From the IMG/VR virus record IMGVR_UViG_3300037692_000175, positions 1 through 51,690 of that record: a stretch of 51,690 bases of DNA; one strand, 5' to 3'. The stretch is from a virus (lineage: Duplodnaviria > Caudoviricetes). The notes beneath the pieces are model-generated. The model ran no database searches, was not told where the DNA came from, and saw only the letters and a list, made by a program, of their open reading frames with translations. The position numbers were made by a program, and so were the translations under genes. Shown here one piece after another: positions 10,521 to 18,064 of this stretch (positions are counted from its first letter, which is position 1; each line of letters opens with the position of its first letter).

Positions 10521-10969
10521 ACACTTACGCCTTCTTCGATGAGCTAGAGAAGATTGGGTTCACCCTTCAGGGTCATGACAACGTCCAGGGTCTCCGTGTT
10601 GCCATCGAGAACAGGAAGGGGTCTGTCCGCAAAGGCGAGGACGCGGATGGCAAGGAGTGGAGGACCAAGATGGTCCACTCGTACGGCTACCTGGTTGGAA
10701 CTCGAGGTGCTGATGGAGATCCAGTCGATGCCTACGTCGGCCCAGACAAGGAAGTGCCCCACGCCTACGTGGTCCATCAGCGGGACAAGGACACGGGGGC
10801 CTACGATGAGGATAAGGTTATGCTTGGCTTTGCCTCAAAGCAGGAGGCCAAGGAAACCTTCTTGAAGCACTACGATAGCCCCAAGTTCCTGGGACCCATC
10901 TCGAGGGTGTCAGTGGACCGACTCCGAGAGCTCGTGGCTTCCAAGAAGAGACTGGTGAAAATTTCATGA
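10517..10969 (+). CDS. Inorganic pyrophosphatase-like (phage InPase domain) protein with FFDELEKIG leader
   Basis: IENRKGSVR..W...M..SYGY..GTRGADGDPVDAYVG..VVHQ..YDEDKVMLGF matches the family I PPase-type InPase domain of phage polyvalent proteins. Confidence 0.8.
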   Translation: MNTYAFFDELEKIGFTLQGHDNVQGLRVAIENRKGSVRKGEDADGKEWRTKMVHSYGYLVGTRGADGDPVDAYVGPDKEVPHAYVVHQRDKDTGAYDEDKVMLGFASKQEAKETFLKHYDSPKFLGPISRVSVDRLRELVASKKRLVKIS

Positions 10970-11232
10970 CTTATGACTCCTTCTTCGACGAGCTCACCAA
11001 GATGGCCCAAGCCGCTGCCCCACAGGAGGGTGGAAGGGTCTCCAGATTCATCAGGAAAGCGGGCCCTGGCATCGGAGGAGCTGCTGGAGCCCTGGTCGGC
11101 GGGGTGTTGGGGGCCCGGCGCGGGAAGCTCCTACAGGGCACCATGGCGGGCCTGGGGACAGGGGCGACCTTGGGATGGCTGCCTGGCATGGCGCATGGCG
11201 TCAAAGAGGGTGTGAAGGACTTGCGTCGATGA
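10966..11232 (+). CDS. Small glycine-zipper membrane protein with FFDELTKMA leader
   Basis: 88 aa; GxxxG-rich hydrophobic helices; ATGA overlap with the previous gene. Confidence 0.65.
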   Translation: MTYDSFFDELTKMAQAAAPQEGGRVSRFIRKAGPGIGGAAGALVGGVLGARRGKLLQGTMAGLGTGATLGWLPGMAHGVKEGVKDLRR

Positions 11233-11783
11233 GGTTTCTGGCACTGGTTTTCGTCCTCATGTGGCTGGCGGTTTCCGCCCCCATGTCTGCTCGAGCAGAG
11301 CCCTGCGTTCAGCAGGACTACAGCAGCCTCACCAAGGCCCCTGACTTCGACTGTCCCGGGCCCGGGGAGTCGGCGCTCGTTCCTGTGCTCTCGACCCGTC
11401 CGAGCCTCGGCGTGGTCAAGGGGACGGTGCTGGTGCAGCCTGGGAAGAGGAAGCTCGTCCTGGACTACGATGGAGTCCTGATGGGGAGAGAGAAGGTCAT
11501 CGAGCTGGGGCTGAAGGTCAAGGCTGTCCGTCGTCTCCGATGGCTAGGGATGCACAAGGATGCTGCTGCCTTGAGTATCGAGAAGAAGTACTTGACCGGC
11601 GTGTGGGAGGCTAAAGTCGCTCTTCGAGACTCCCAGGTCGCCAGCTACAAGCAGCAGCTTGTCGATGCCCGCAAGCAGCGTGACTCTGCTCGGGCCTGGT
11701 ACAGACGGTTCAGCACTGGCTTGATCATAGGCATCGTCACTACCGCCGCTGCCGCTGTAGCCATCGCCATCGTCGCTAAGTAG
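11229..11783 (+). CDS. Exported/membrane protein (signal peptide, coiled coil, C-terminal TM); possible spanin
   Basis: ATG 11229 overlaps the previous stop; MRFLALVFVLMWLAVSAPMSARA signal peptide; C-terminal TM GLIIGIVTTAAAAVAIAIVA. Confidence 0.6.
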   Translation: MRFLALVFVLMWLAVSAPMSARAEPCVQQDYSSLTKAPDFDCPGPGESALVPVLSTRPSLGVVKGTVLVQPGKRKLVLDYDGVLMGREKVIELGLKVKAVRRLRWLGMHKDAAALSIEKKYLTGVWEAKVALRDSQVASYKQQLVDARKQRDSARAWYRRFSTGLIIGIVTTAAAAVAIAIVAK

Positions 11784-11822
11784 CTAAAGAAAAAGAGCAG
11801 GGGTTGATCAACCCTGCTCTCT
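11781..11822 (-). terminator. Intrinsic terminator at a convergence point (hairpin + U-rich tract + TTAGCT)
   Basis: Stem AGAGCAGGG (11794-11802)/CCCTGCTCT (11812-11820); the - strand continues TTTCTTTAGCTA. Confidence 0.7.
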
Positions 11823-11844
11823 TCGCCACCCTCTCGGGATTGGC

Positions 11845-12048
11845 TCAGCTCTGGCTCCGATGTACCGCCGCATGTGCGGCGGCCTTTATTTTTTCAACTG
11901 CCCGCATCTCCTTTTCGGCGACCTGACGCTTCCTCACTACTTTCGCGTTATGCGAAAGTAGTGATTCCTCCTCCTCCTCCTCCCTTTTCCGTTTTGCTGC
12001 AGCCGTAGCAGCCGCAGCCAAGGATGCTGCGATAACGATTTTCAACAT
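11845..12048 (-). CDS. Small hypothetical protein (Ala-rich N-terminus, poly-Glu)
   Basis: 67 aa, AAGGA RBS; lies between the - strand promoter motif at 12148 and the terminator at 11781. Confidence 0.55.
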   Translation of the reverse strand: MLKIVIAASLAAAATAAAKRKREEEEEESLLSHNAKVVRKRQVAEKEMRAVEKIKAAAHAAVHRSQS

Positions 12049-12147
12049 TTCTTCGTCCTTTCTCTTTCTGGCAGGAGGATCACTCCTATGTCAGCAGTTG
12101 CTCCCGCCGGATAACGGGAGGATTTATATGTCTGGGGGTTCATAATT

Positions 12148-12173
12148 CTTAAGACATTTTTGATCGTCGTTTT
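12148..12173 (-). promoter_or_regulatory. Putative phage-RNAP promoter motif, copy A
   Basis: - strand AAAA-N16-CTTAAGA; same spacing as copies at 29159, 36466 and 48684. Confidence 0.45.
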
Positions 12174-12181
12174 TCACTTGT

Positions 12182-12215
12182 GAGCTAAAAGAAAAGGGCC
12201 CCGAAAGGGGCCCTT
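12182..12215 (-). terminator. Intrinsic terminator of the replication operon
   Basis: Stem AAGGGCCCC/GGGGCCCTT with 4-nt loop; the - strand continues TTCTTTTAGCTC. Confidence 0.8.
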
Positions 12216-12217
12216 GA

Positions 12218-12433
12218 TCAACTGCGCCAGGAGGCGTCGTTGAGTAGGCGGGTTCTAGCTTCAGTGATGTTTCTGACCATGTTCATGCCGACACCGACCT
12301 CGTCCCCGAAAGCCATGAGGTCCTCCAACTCCATGGCGTAGAACTCTTGATCAGTCAGCGTGACATGTCTTTCACCATCTGGCCCTGTCGTTCCGCGACG
12401 GGAGACGAGGATGTCTACTCGTCGCCCTCTTCG
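12218..12433 (-). CDS. -1 frame extension of the 12415-13080 gene (not in ORF track)
   Basis: Open frame RRGRRVDILVSRRGTTGPDGERHVTLTDQEFYAMELEDLMAFGDEVGVGMNMVRNITEARTRLLNDASWRS* fills the gap up to the terminator; no start codon at its 5' end; entered from G GGA AAC. Confidence 0.55.
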   Translation of the reverse strand, partial: RRGRRVDILVSRRGTTGPDGERHVTLTDQEFYAMELEDLMAFGDEVGVGMNMVRNITEARTRLLNDASWRS

Positions 12434-13080
12434 TTTCCCCGGGTATCCTTGTCCAGCGCTTCCATCTTGTCGTCGAAGTCCATGCCTTCCGGGGCATTGT
12501 CATCGGTCAAGATCTCCTCTGCCCGCAGCCAGGTGGCCAGGTGGAGAAGGAGACCAGCGGTCTTGTAGTTCTCCGCAGCGACCTCCGAGACGTCGTTGAC
12601 GAGGCCGGTGCTGTTCGCCGTGTAGACGGCGCCGAGCTCGTCGATCTTCTCCTCGATGGCCTGGATACGCTCGGACATGGTGCCGAGCAGCTCCGCCAGA
12701 GCGTTGAGGTCGAGCTCGACCTCTCCCGTCTCCTCATCGACCACGTCCTCTTTGGGCTTGGGCTTGGCGGACGCCTTGCCGCGCTTCGCGGCGAGACGGC
12801 TCCTGCCGGAAGTCTTCGGGGCCTCTTCTGCCTCCTCCTGGACCTCTTCCTGGACCTCCTCTTGCTTCTTGGCGGCAGCCTTCTTGGCGGCAGCCTTCTT
12901 GGAACGCTTGGCGGGTTTGCTACTGCCCTCTTGATTCTCCACGACCCACTCTGCGAGAGAGTTGACGTCGAGGCGGGCGCAGTCCTCGGAGGACAACCCA
13001 CGTCCCTTGCAGATGCGGCGCAGGTTGAGGCGGTTCATCGCCTTGAGTTCTTCGAGTTCGTACGTTTGCTCTTCGGACAT
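12415..13080 (-). CDS. Acidic protein with N-terminal helix-extension-helix-like domain, Lys/Ala-rich linker and coiled coil
   Basis: 221 aa; LEELKAMNRLNLRRICKGRGL resembles a Rho-N/SAP-like HeH; KKAAAKKAAAKK linker. Confidence 0.7.
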   Translation of the reverse strand: MSEEQTYELEELKAMNRLNLRRICKGRGLSSEDCARLDVNSLAEWVVENQEGSSKPAKRSKKAAAKKAAAKKQEEVQEEVQEEAEEAPKTSGRSRLAAKRGKASAKPKPKEDVVDEETGEVELDLNALAELLGTMSERIQAIEEKIDELGAVYTANSTGLVNDVSEVAAENYKTAGLLLHLATWLRAEEILTDDNAPEGMDFDDKMEALDKDTRGNEEGDE

Positions 13081-13082
13081 GG

Positions 13083-13307
13083 TTACTTTCTCCTGAGTCT
13101 GCCAGAGGCAGATCGTTTAGGTGGGCCCTTCGTCAACATCTGCTCCAGTGCGGGTCGGCCCACCTTTTGGTACACTGAAGCTCTCGCGACTACGACGTGC
13201 TCTTGAGTGCGGCAGAATGAACCGCACTTCTCTTGATCTGTCAACATCTCGATCGTGACTACCTTGCACGTGGAAAGGTAGTCACAACTCATGCAGCAGT
13301 CCTTCAT
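13083..13307 (-). CDS. Small Cys-rich hypothetical protein
   Basis: 74 aa; CCMSC..C..C..C; ATGA overlap in operon. Confidence 0.6.
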   Translation of the reverse strand: MKDCCMSCDYLSTCKVVTIEMLTDQEKCGSFCRTQEHVVVARASVYQKVGRPALEQMLTKGPPKRSASGRLRRK

Positions 13308-13789
13308 ATCTTCTGACCCTGTAGATCCTTCTGGTTGTTCAGTTCACACTCTAGGGCCTTCCCGTCGGGGCACTCCCAGCAACAGGTGTTGCAGTCGAGC
13401 TGGCTCCAGAGATAGTGGAAGTACTCCCAGATGAATAGTCCCAGTAGATTCCGTGAATGGTGAACAGGGTTCCCGTCCAAGTCCGCTGGGTCTATCTCAC
13501 CCCTGATCAACCTGATGACGTCCTCCCTGAGTACACCTGGATGGAGCACGCGCCACATAGCCATCTCTTCCCTGCTAGATGGGATCATGTTGTGCGAGCA
13601 CAGGGCCCGCAACTCAGAAGCATTCAGGTCATCCCAAGGGATGGACACGATCTCGTATGTTGCAGGCTCCCCCCTCTTCCTACGACCCTTCTTTGGCACG
13701 ATACGGACAAGCCGGTAGAACTCGTCTGTGTGCTCCACTTCAGGTACCCCGTGGGATTCAACTACTTCCACATTGTGATCAGCCATCAT
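13304..13789 (-). CDS. Hypothetical protein with C-terminal Cys cluster
   Basis: 161 aa; CNTCCWECP...C; overlaps neighbours in operon. Confidence 0.6.
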   Translation of the reverse strand: MMADHNVEVVESHGVPEVEHTDEFYRLVRIVPKKGRRKRGEPATYEIVSIPWDDLNASELRALCSHNMIPSSREEMAMWRVLHPGVLREDVIRLIRGEIDPADLDGNPVHHSRNLLGLFIWEYFHYLWSQLDCNTCCWECPDGKALECELNNQKDLQGQKI

Positions 13790-14234
13790 CTTCCGCCATT
13801 TGTAGGAAGGTGATCTCTACCCGTGGGTTCTTCTTGTCTACGTCCTTGGCCAAGATGTGGACGAACGTAGCGCTGTCATCAACTCCGGTCGCCGCCTTCA
13901 CAGCATCCTCTACCAGCTTTACGCGGTTCGAGATGTCCATCTTGACCCACTTGGTCTTGGCTTTCCTCTGCCCCTTCTTCGGGCCCCTGACATAGAACTC
14001 ATCCCACCCCTTGTTCACGATGGACTCGAAGAAGAAGGCTAGCTCCAACCAGTACCGAGCGTTCTCGTCGAACGCATTCTGGAATCCGAGCCCAGCCTCT
14101 CTGACGATCCTTCCTATGGCCTTCTTCTTCCAAGATCTCGCCTCCGTTGTGAGGCGACGACCCTTTCCTCGAACATTGAAGTAGATGTTGTTGGATGTAG
14201 GAGGAAGCTCCATAGCGATGATGACCTTCCTCAC
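13779..14234 (-). CDS. rusA: RusA-like Holliday junction resolvase
   Basis: LPPTSNNIY...MDISNRVKLVEDAV...GVDDS...PRVEI matches RusA motifs; GTG at 14234 overlaps the upstream stop (start trimmed from the 14738 call). Confidence 0.75.
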   Translation of the reverse strand: MRKVIIAMELPPTSNNIYFNVRGKGRRLTTEARSWKKKAIGRIVREAGLGFQNAFDENARYWLELAFFFESIVNKGWDEFYVRGPKKGQRKAKTKWVKMDISNRVKLVEDAVKAATGVDDSATFVHILAKDVDKKNPRVEITFLQMAEDDG

Positions 14235-14962
14235 CTCTTCACCTTTCGAGGCAAGAAGGCTGGTCTCACAGGCTTGGGCTTGCTCTTCGTCGCCAGGGGC
14301 CCCTTCTTTGGTTGAGGTACAGGACTGTCCTGCATGTGCTCGCCAAACACTCTGCGAGCTCCGATGCTCCCAGCCCTTGTTCCTACTCGGATACCCTGCT
14401 CCTTCAAGCTGATGTTCCGAGAGATGAGTCGGATATCCGCCTCGCAGGCGTCCGCTACCTTGGCCAGCAGATTGTGCAGGCACTCCAACTCCAAGCACTC
14501 TCCGTTCGCCGTGACATACCGACGATCTGTTTGCATGTGATCGTCCTTGTCCTTGGTCGTCCCATCCTTTCCGATACGCACCCGAGCCTTGATGAACCCG
14601 AGCTTCTCGGTCGCTACGTTGTATCGGTTCTTGGTGTCTGCTAGCTGCCCAACAACGTAGGCGAAGTACTCCTGTGCAATCCCGTACAGCTCCCCCAGCT
14701 CTCTGTCGGACAAGTCCTGAAGGTTGGGAGGGAGCCAAGGCGTTCCATCCTCCGTCAGAAACATGGACGACCCTGGCTCGCGCCGAGTCCTCGAAGGCAG
14801 CTTGATCCCACGACGTATCATCTCGTCATGAGCCGAGTCAGCCACGTCGTAGCACTGTTCTCCTTCCTCCAGCGGCATGAACCAAGTATCCGGAGCAGGC
14901 CCCGCCTGGTTCACTGGTTTCACCGCAGTCTCCGCTCCTCTTTTGGGTACCTTTCGCTTCAT
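14231..14962 (-). CDS. Coiled-coil hypothetical protein (possibly a recombination mediator)
   Basis: 243 aa; long helical centre; lies among recombination genes. Confidence 0.55.
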   Translation of the reverse strand: MKRKVPKRGAETAVKPVNQAGPAPDTWFMPLEEGEQCYDVADSAHDEMIRRGIKLPSRTRREPGSSMFLTEDGTPWLPPNLQDLSDRELGELYGIAQEYFAYVVGQLADTKNRYNVATEKLGFIKARVRIGKDGTTKDKDDHMQTDRRYVTANGECLELECLHNLLAKVADACEADIRLISRNISLKEQGIRVGTRAGSIGARRVFGEHMQDSPVPQPKKGPLATKSKPKPVRPAFLPRKVKR

Positions 14963-15801
14963 TGTGCACCTCTCAGGGTGAAGCGGCTTTTGCCCTTCTT
15001 GACGTTCTTCTTCCCCGGTTTGGGGGGCTTACACACATGCTTGTATCGGCACGTGTTGCAGTGATATCCGGCCTCGCGTTCCGGAGGTTTCTCGTCCACA
15101 GCACACGTACGCACGTAGACGATCTTCTCCACGATGGAATCCCAGATCTCCTGTTGGAAAGGGATCAAGAACTCCATCATCGTGGAGTCGTTCTTGTTGT
15201 AGTAGAGGATCGTCATAGCTGGGAGATCTAGGCACGCCATGTAGACGTGTGCCTGGATCACGTTCTCAGGTGAGGGTTTGTTGAGATCTTTGAACAGCTC
15301 CGCTTTCATCGTTTTGATTTCGATGCCGAAGCGCAGGTCAAGATTCGGAGTCTTCACCGAGTAGATGCCGTCTGTGGTTGAATCGATCTCATACTGTGCC
15401 GCTACAGGTGAGGTGTCCTCGTTGAACGTGGCCTCATCGATGAAGACGTCACCCAGTTCCTTGGCCAGCTTGTGCAGGTACCCCTGAAGCTGTCCGTGCA
15501 CAGCGTGACCCGTGTCGAAGATACGACGCAGCCGTGGGTCTATCCGAGACTCTGGTGGCTCTCCGATGTATCGGTAGTACAGCATCCGGGCGCACCCCAT
15601 GGGGTAGTTTCCACAGGGAGAGATACCTCCTTTCGATCCAAGCTCAGACGCGCTGAACACACAGAGCTTGCGGCCACTTGGTTTGAGGTTCAGGTCTTCT
15701 AGATAGGATTCAAGTCTGGAGATGACCTGAACGTTACTGAGCGCTTCCTTCAGTTCGTTTGCCTCTGCGCTCTTGAGGTCCTCTATGCTTTTCAACCGCA
15801 T
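14959..15801 (-). CDS. Cas4-like PD-(D/E)XK exonuclease
   Basis: C.R..YY, FDTGHAVH, DG...EIKT, QAHVYM and C-terminal HCNTCRYKHVC (4Fe-4S-type Cys layout). Confidence 0.8.
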   Translation of the reverse strand: MRLKSIEDLKSAEANELKEALSNVQVISRLESYLEDLNLKPSGRKLCVFSASELGSKGGISPCGNYPMGCARMLYYRYIGEPPESRIDPRLRRIFDTGHAVHGQLQGYLHKLAKELGDVFIDEATFNEDTSPVAAQYEIDSTTDGIYSVKTPNLDLRFGIEIKTMKAELFKDLNKPSPENVIQAHVYMACLDLPAMTILYYNKNDSTMMEFLIPFQQEIWDSIVEKIVYVRTCAVDEKPPEREAGYHCNTCRYKHVCKPPKPGKKNVKKGKSRFTLRGAQ

Positions 15802-16324
15802 CTTTCATCTCCAGGAAAAGTGATAGTGGGATCACCGCCACGGACTGGCGTGCTTTCCGGTACTCTACGATTAGCGCTGGATTCTCATTCGCCTCTAGTG
15901 CCTGGTGAATGATCTTCGCCAAGTCGGACAAGGTGAGGTTGAATCCTTTGAGGGAATCCGTGTACTTGTGCTCCACACGCCACTCTCCCATCCTCCTGAT
16001 GTCCCCCTTGTAGCCAGACAGCTTGGTTCCACCAGAGGCCGGTTGAGTCACACCACCCATGTCATCCGCCAAGACTTGCTCGAGGTGCTGGGAAGTCTTG
16101 ATGCGCTTCTGCGCAGCCTTCTTCCTCTCCGGGTCAGAACCCATCTCGAGATTCAAGTCGATCTCTATTCCGACTTCAATGCACGTCGAACAAAGGTGAG
16201 ACTGACGGATCGCCTCCTCTTGGTAGAGGACGGTCAGCACTATAGTGTTCGTAACCTTGTGGCAAGAGTCACAGTGCTGACCGTACCCGGCGTCCAAGAT
16301 CTCCAGGGACAGTGGGAGCTTCAC
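15734..16324 (-). CDS. Zn-finger plus PD-(D/E)XK resolvase-like nuclease
   Basis: CDSC...LCSTC, then E..LA...GG..QPASGG...KGDI...VEHKYT. Confidence 0.65.
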   Translation of the reverse strand: MKLPLSLEILDAGYGQHCDSCHKVTNTIVLTVLYQEEAIRQSHLCSTCIEVGIEIDLNLEMGSDPERKKAAQKRIKTSQHLEQVLADDMGGVTQPASGGTKLSGYKGDIRRMGEWRVEHKYTDSLKGFNLTLSDLAKIIHQALEANENPALIVEYRKARQSVAVIPLSLFLEMKDAVEKHRGPQERRGKRTEGSAQ

Positions 16325-17697
16325 ATGAACCTCACGTGGCCAAGCCCGGCCGCGATGTAGAGCTGGTCTCGCAGCTCCACCATGAGCTCCGGGCTCTGTT
16401 CCATGAGCTGGAGCAAGGACTCCTTGCCGTGGACGCTGATGGCGTTTCCATCAGCGTCTTCGATGGTGGGGATGGAGTACCTGCCAGACCCCTCGTTCAA
16501 GATGACGTTGTAGATGAGGCACTGCGAGAGCAGATCTCCCTGAACGTCCACCTCTAGCGGATCGAAGTACAGGGTGAAGGCGCCGATCCTGCCTTCCCTA
16601 GCCCCTGCCTTGGCCTTGGCCACCTCCCAGTTGATCTCCTTCCCAATCTTGACCTTCTTATCTTTGAGAGATTGACCAGTGTGGAGGCTTATCCGAATGT
16701 GGTTGAGGTGCTGAAGGGCGAAGGCCCCATCCGACTTGTAGGCGCGTCCATATGTCTTACCACCGCTCAGGTTGAGCTTCGCTCTGGCCTGTCGGATACA
16801 GTACAACGTCGTCTCGTTCACCTCAGTGAAGGGGTCTAGCCCGCTCCACTTGCAGTGTCCACAGGTGTACTTGAAGTTCAGCGTCTTGGAGTTGATGATG
16901 TTCTTCTCCAACGGACTATACCCACACTCGGGGCAACGGAACGTCGGATTGAAAGCATCCAAGATTTGCTTGGACCAGCGGGTCTGCAATGAGGCGGGGG
17001 AGGCAACTTGTGGGGTCTCTCCCAAGGGCGTTGTCTCTTCCTGGAACGTCATCATGGCGTCCCACGAATCGATGCCGATCATCTGGTAGGCATTGGACTT
17101 GACTGCATCAACGATGCCGCCTAGTACACCTTCAGATGCGCCCTCGAAGATGTAGAACTTCCCGACTGTCGGGCAGTTCATAGCCTCTCTGATCTCTGCT
17201 GCGGTCAGAGGTTCTTCTCCTCTTCGTTTCCTCCCACGTTGGGTGACCTCGATGTCGTAGTGACTCATCGCAATCTTGCACCCACATATCTGAGCGAAGT
17301 GCTTGTCTACGAAGGATTCGAAGCAAGCCATGGCGAGACAGGCGTCGTCACCATAGTGCTGCTGGAGCTGCCCGAAGTAGCGGTACATCAGGTAGTTCTT
17401 ACCCGTGCTTTCTGGGCCGTCGATCTGGTGGACCTTTCCTGCCACGAGACCGCCGCCAGAAGCGATGTCAAGACTAGAGATACCGCAGGGACGGCGGAGA
17501 TCTGAGGCATCCCAAGCCTCTTTCGCAGATCTCATGACAGGACCGTTGTCCCCGAACTTCATATTGATCTCTTGGACCAGTTGATCCGTGTCCGGCTTGG
17601 GAAAGGACTTGGGACGAGTTCCTGTTGACGAGTCAGCCTTCCCCTTCCGAGGAGACGTTTGCCGAGACGGTTTCTTGGCGGTGACCTTCTTAGCCAT
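16321..17697 (-). CDS. recA: RecA-like recombinase with Zn-ribbon insertion
   Basis: GISSLDIASGGGLVAGKVHQIDGPESTGKN (Walker A), IGIDSW (Walker B), IRQAR, GAFALQH; likely start MAKK at 17697. Confidence 0.85.
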   Translation of the reverse strand: MAKKVTAKKPSRQTSPRKGKADSSTGTRPKSFPKPDTDQLVQEINMKFGDNGPVMRSAKEAWDASDLRRPCGISSLDIASGGGLVAGKVHQIDGPESTGKNYLMYRYFGQLQQHYGDDACLAMACFESFVDKHFAQICGCKIAMSHYDIEVTQRGRKRRGEEPLTAAEIREAMNCPTVGKFYIFEGASEGVLGGIVDAVKSNAYQMIGIDSWDAMMTFQEETTPLGETPQVASPASLQTRWSKQILDAFNPTFRCPECGYSPLEKNIINSKTLNFKYTCGHCKWSGLDPFTEVNETTLYCIRQARAKLNLSGGKTYGRAYKSDGAFALQHLNHIRISLHTGQSLKDKKVKIGKEINWEVAKAKAGAREGRIGAFTLYFDPLEVDVQGDLLSQCLIYNVILNEGSGRYSIPTIEDADGNAISVHGKESLLQLMEQSPELMVELRDQLYIAAGLGHVRFM

Positions 17698-18064
17698 TGG
17701 GCTTCTTCTCAAACGGCTCGGTCCCCTTGTCGGGATCTTTCGGCACATTCACGTTCGGGTCGTCCTTGGCGGCCGTCTTCTCCCCGTCCTTCTTGGGAAT
17801 GATCTTGTCCTTGTCGATCTCCACGGAGTACTTTTCCATTCCTTCCTTCTTTCTGGCGGTATTCCCACCTACACGATGAGCAGTGACTTTCATCACCTTG
17901 ATTGGGGCAGTCATCTCCCAGGTCACACCAGAGGGTGTCGTGATCGTCCACTTGTGCCCATCGGTCTCGAGGGAGCACTCGGCGAACTCCAGAGCTCCCT
18001 CGAGGAGCAGTTTTATGTCGAGGCGCTCGGCACCCCTGTATAGGTCATCCATGTCTCTAGCCAT
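17690..18064 (-). CDS. Hypothetical protein
   Basis: 124 aa from ATG 18064, which overlaps the polymerase stop; possible internal start at 17839. Confidence 0.55.
   Translation of the reverse strand: MARDMDDLYRGAERLDIKLLLEGALEFAECSLETDGHKWTITTPSGVTWEMTAPIKVMKVTAHRVGGNTARKKEGMEKYSVEIDKDKIIPKKDGEKTAAKDDPNVNVPKDPDKGTEPFEKKPNG

Noticed and set aside
12060-12125. Hammerhead ribozyme or known riboswitch in the leader (CTGA...stem...GAAA)
   Set aside because: Core reads CTGACAT rather than CTGANGA and flanking stems are missing; no known aptamer consensus recognised
12830-12900. Short direct repeats
   Set aside because: Explained by low-complexity coding (EEVQ and KKAAA repeats)
14235-14738. N-terminal extensions in the ORF track (starts 14738, 9001, 11175, 17748, 26643, 28792, 47683)
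   Set aside because: They overlap neighbouring genes or structured intergenic DNA; downstream starts have stop-start coupling, an RBS, or remove the overlap
14959-15801. CRISPR-Cas system suggested by the Cas4-like gene
   Set aside because: No repeat-spacer array and no cas1/cas2 seen; standalone Cas4-like nucleases are common in phage replication modules
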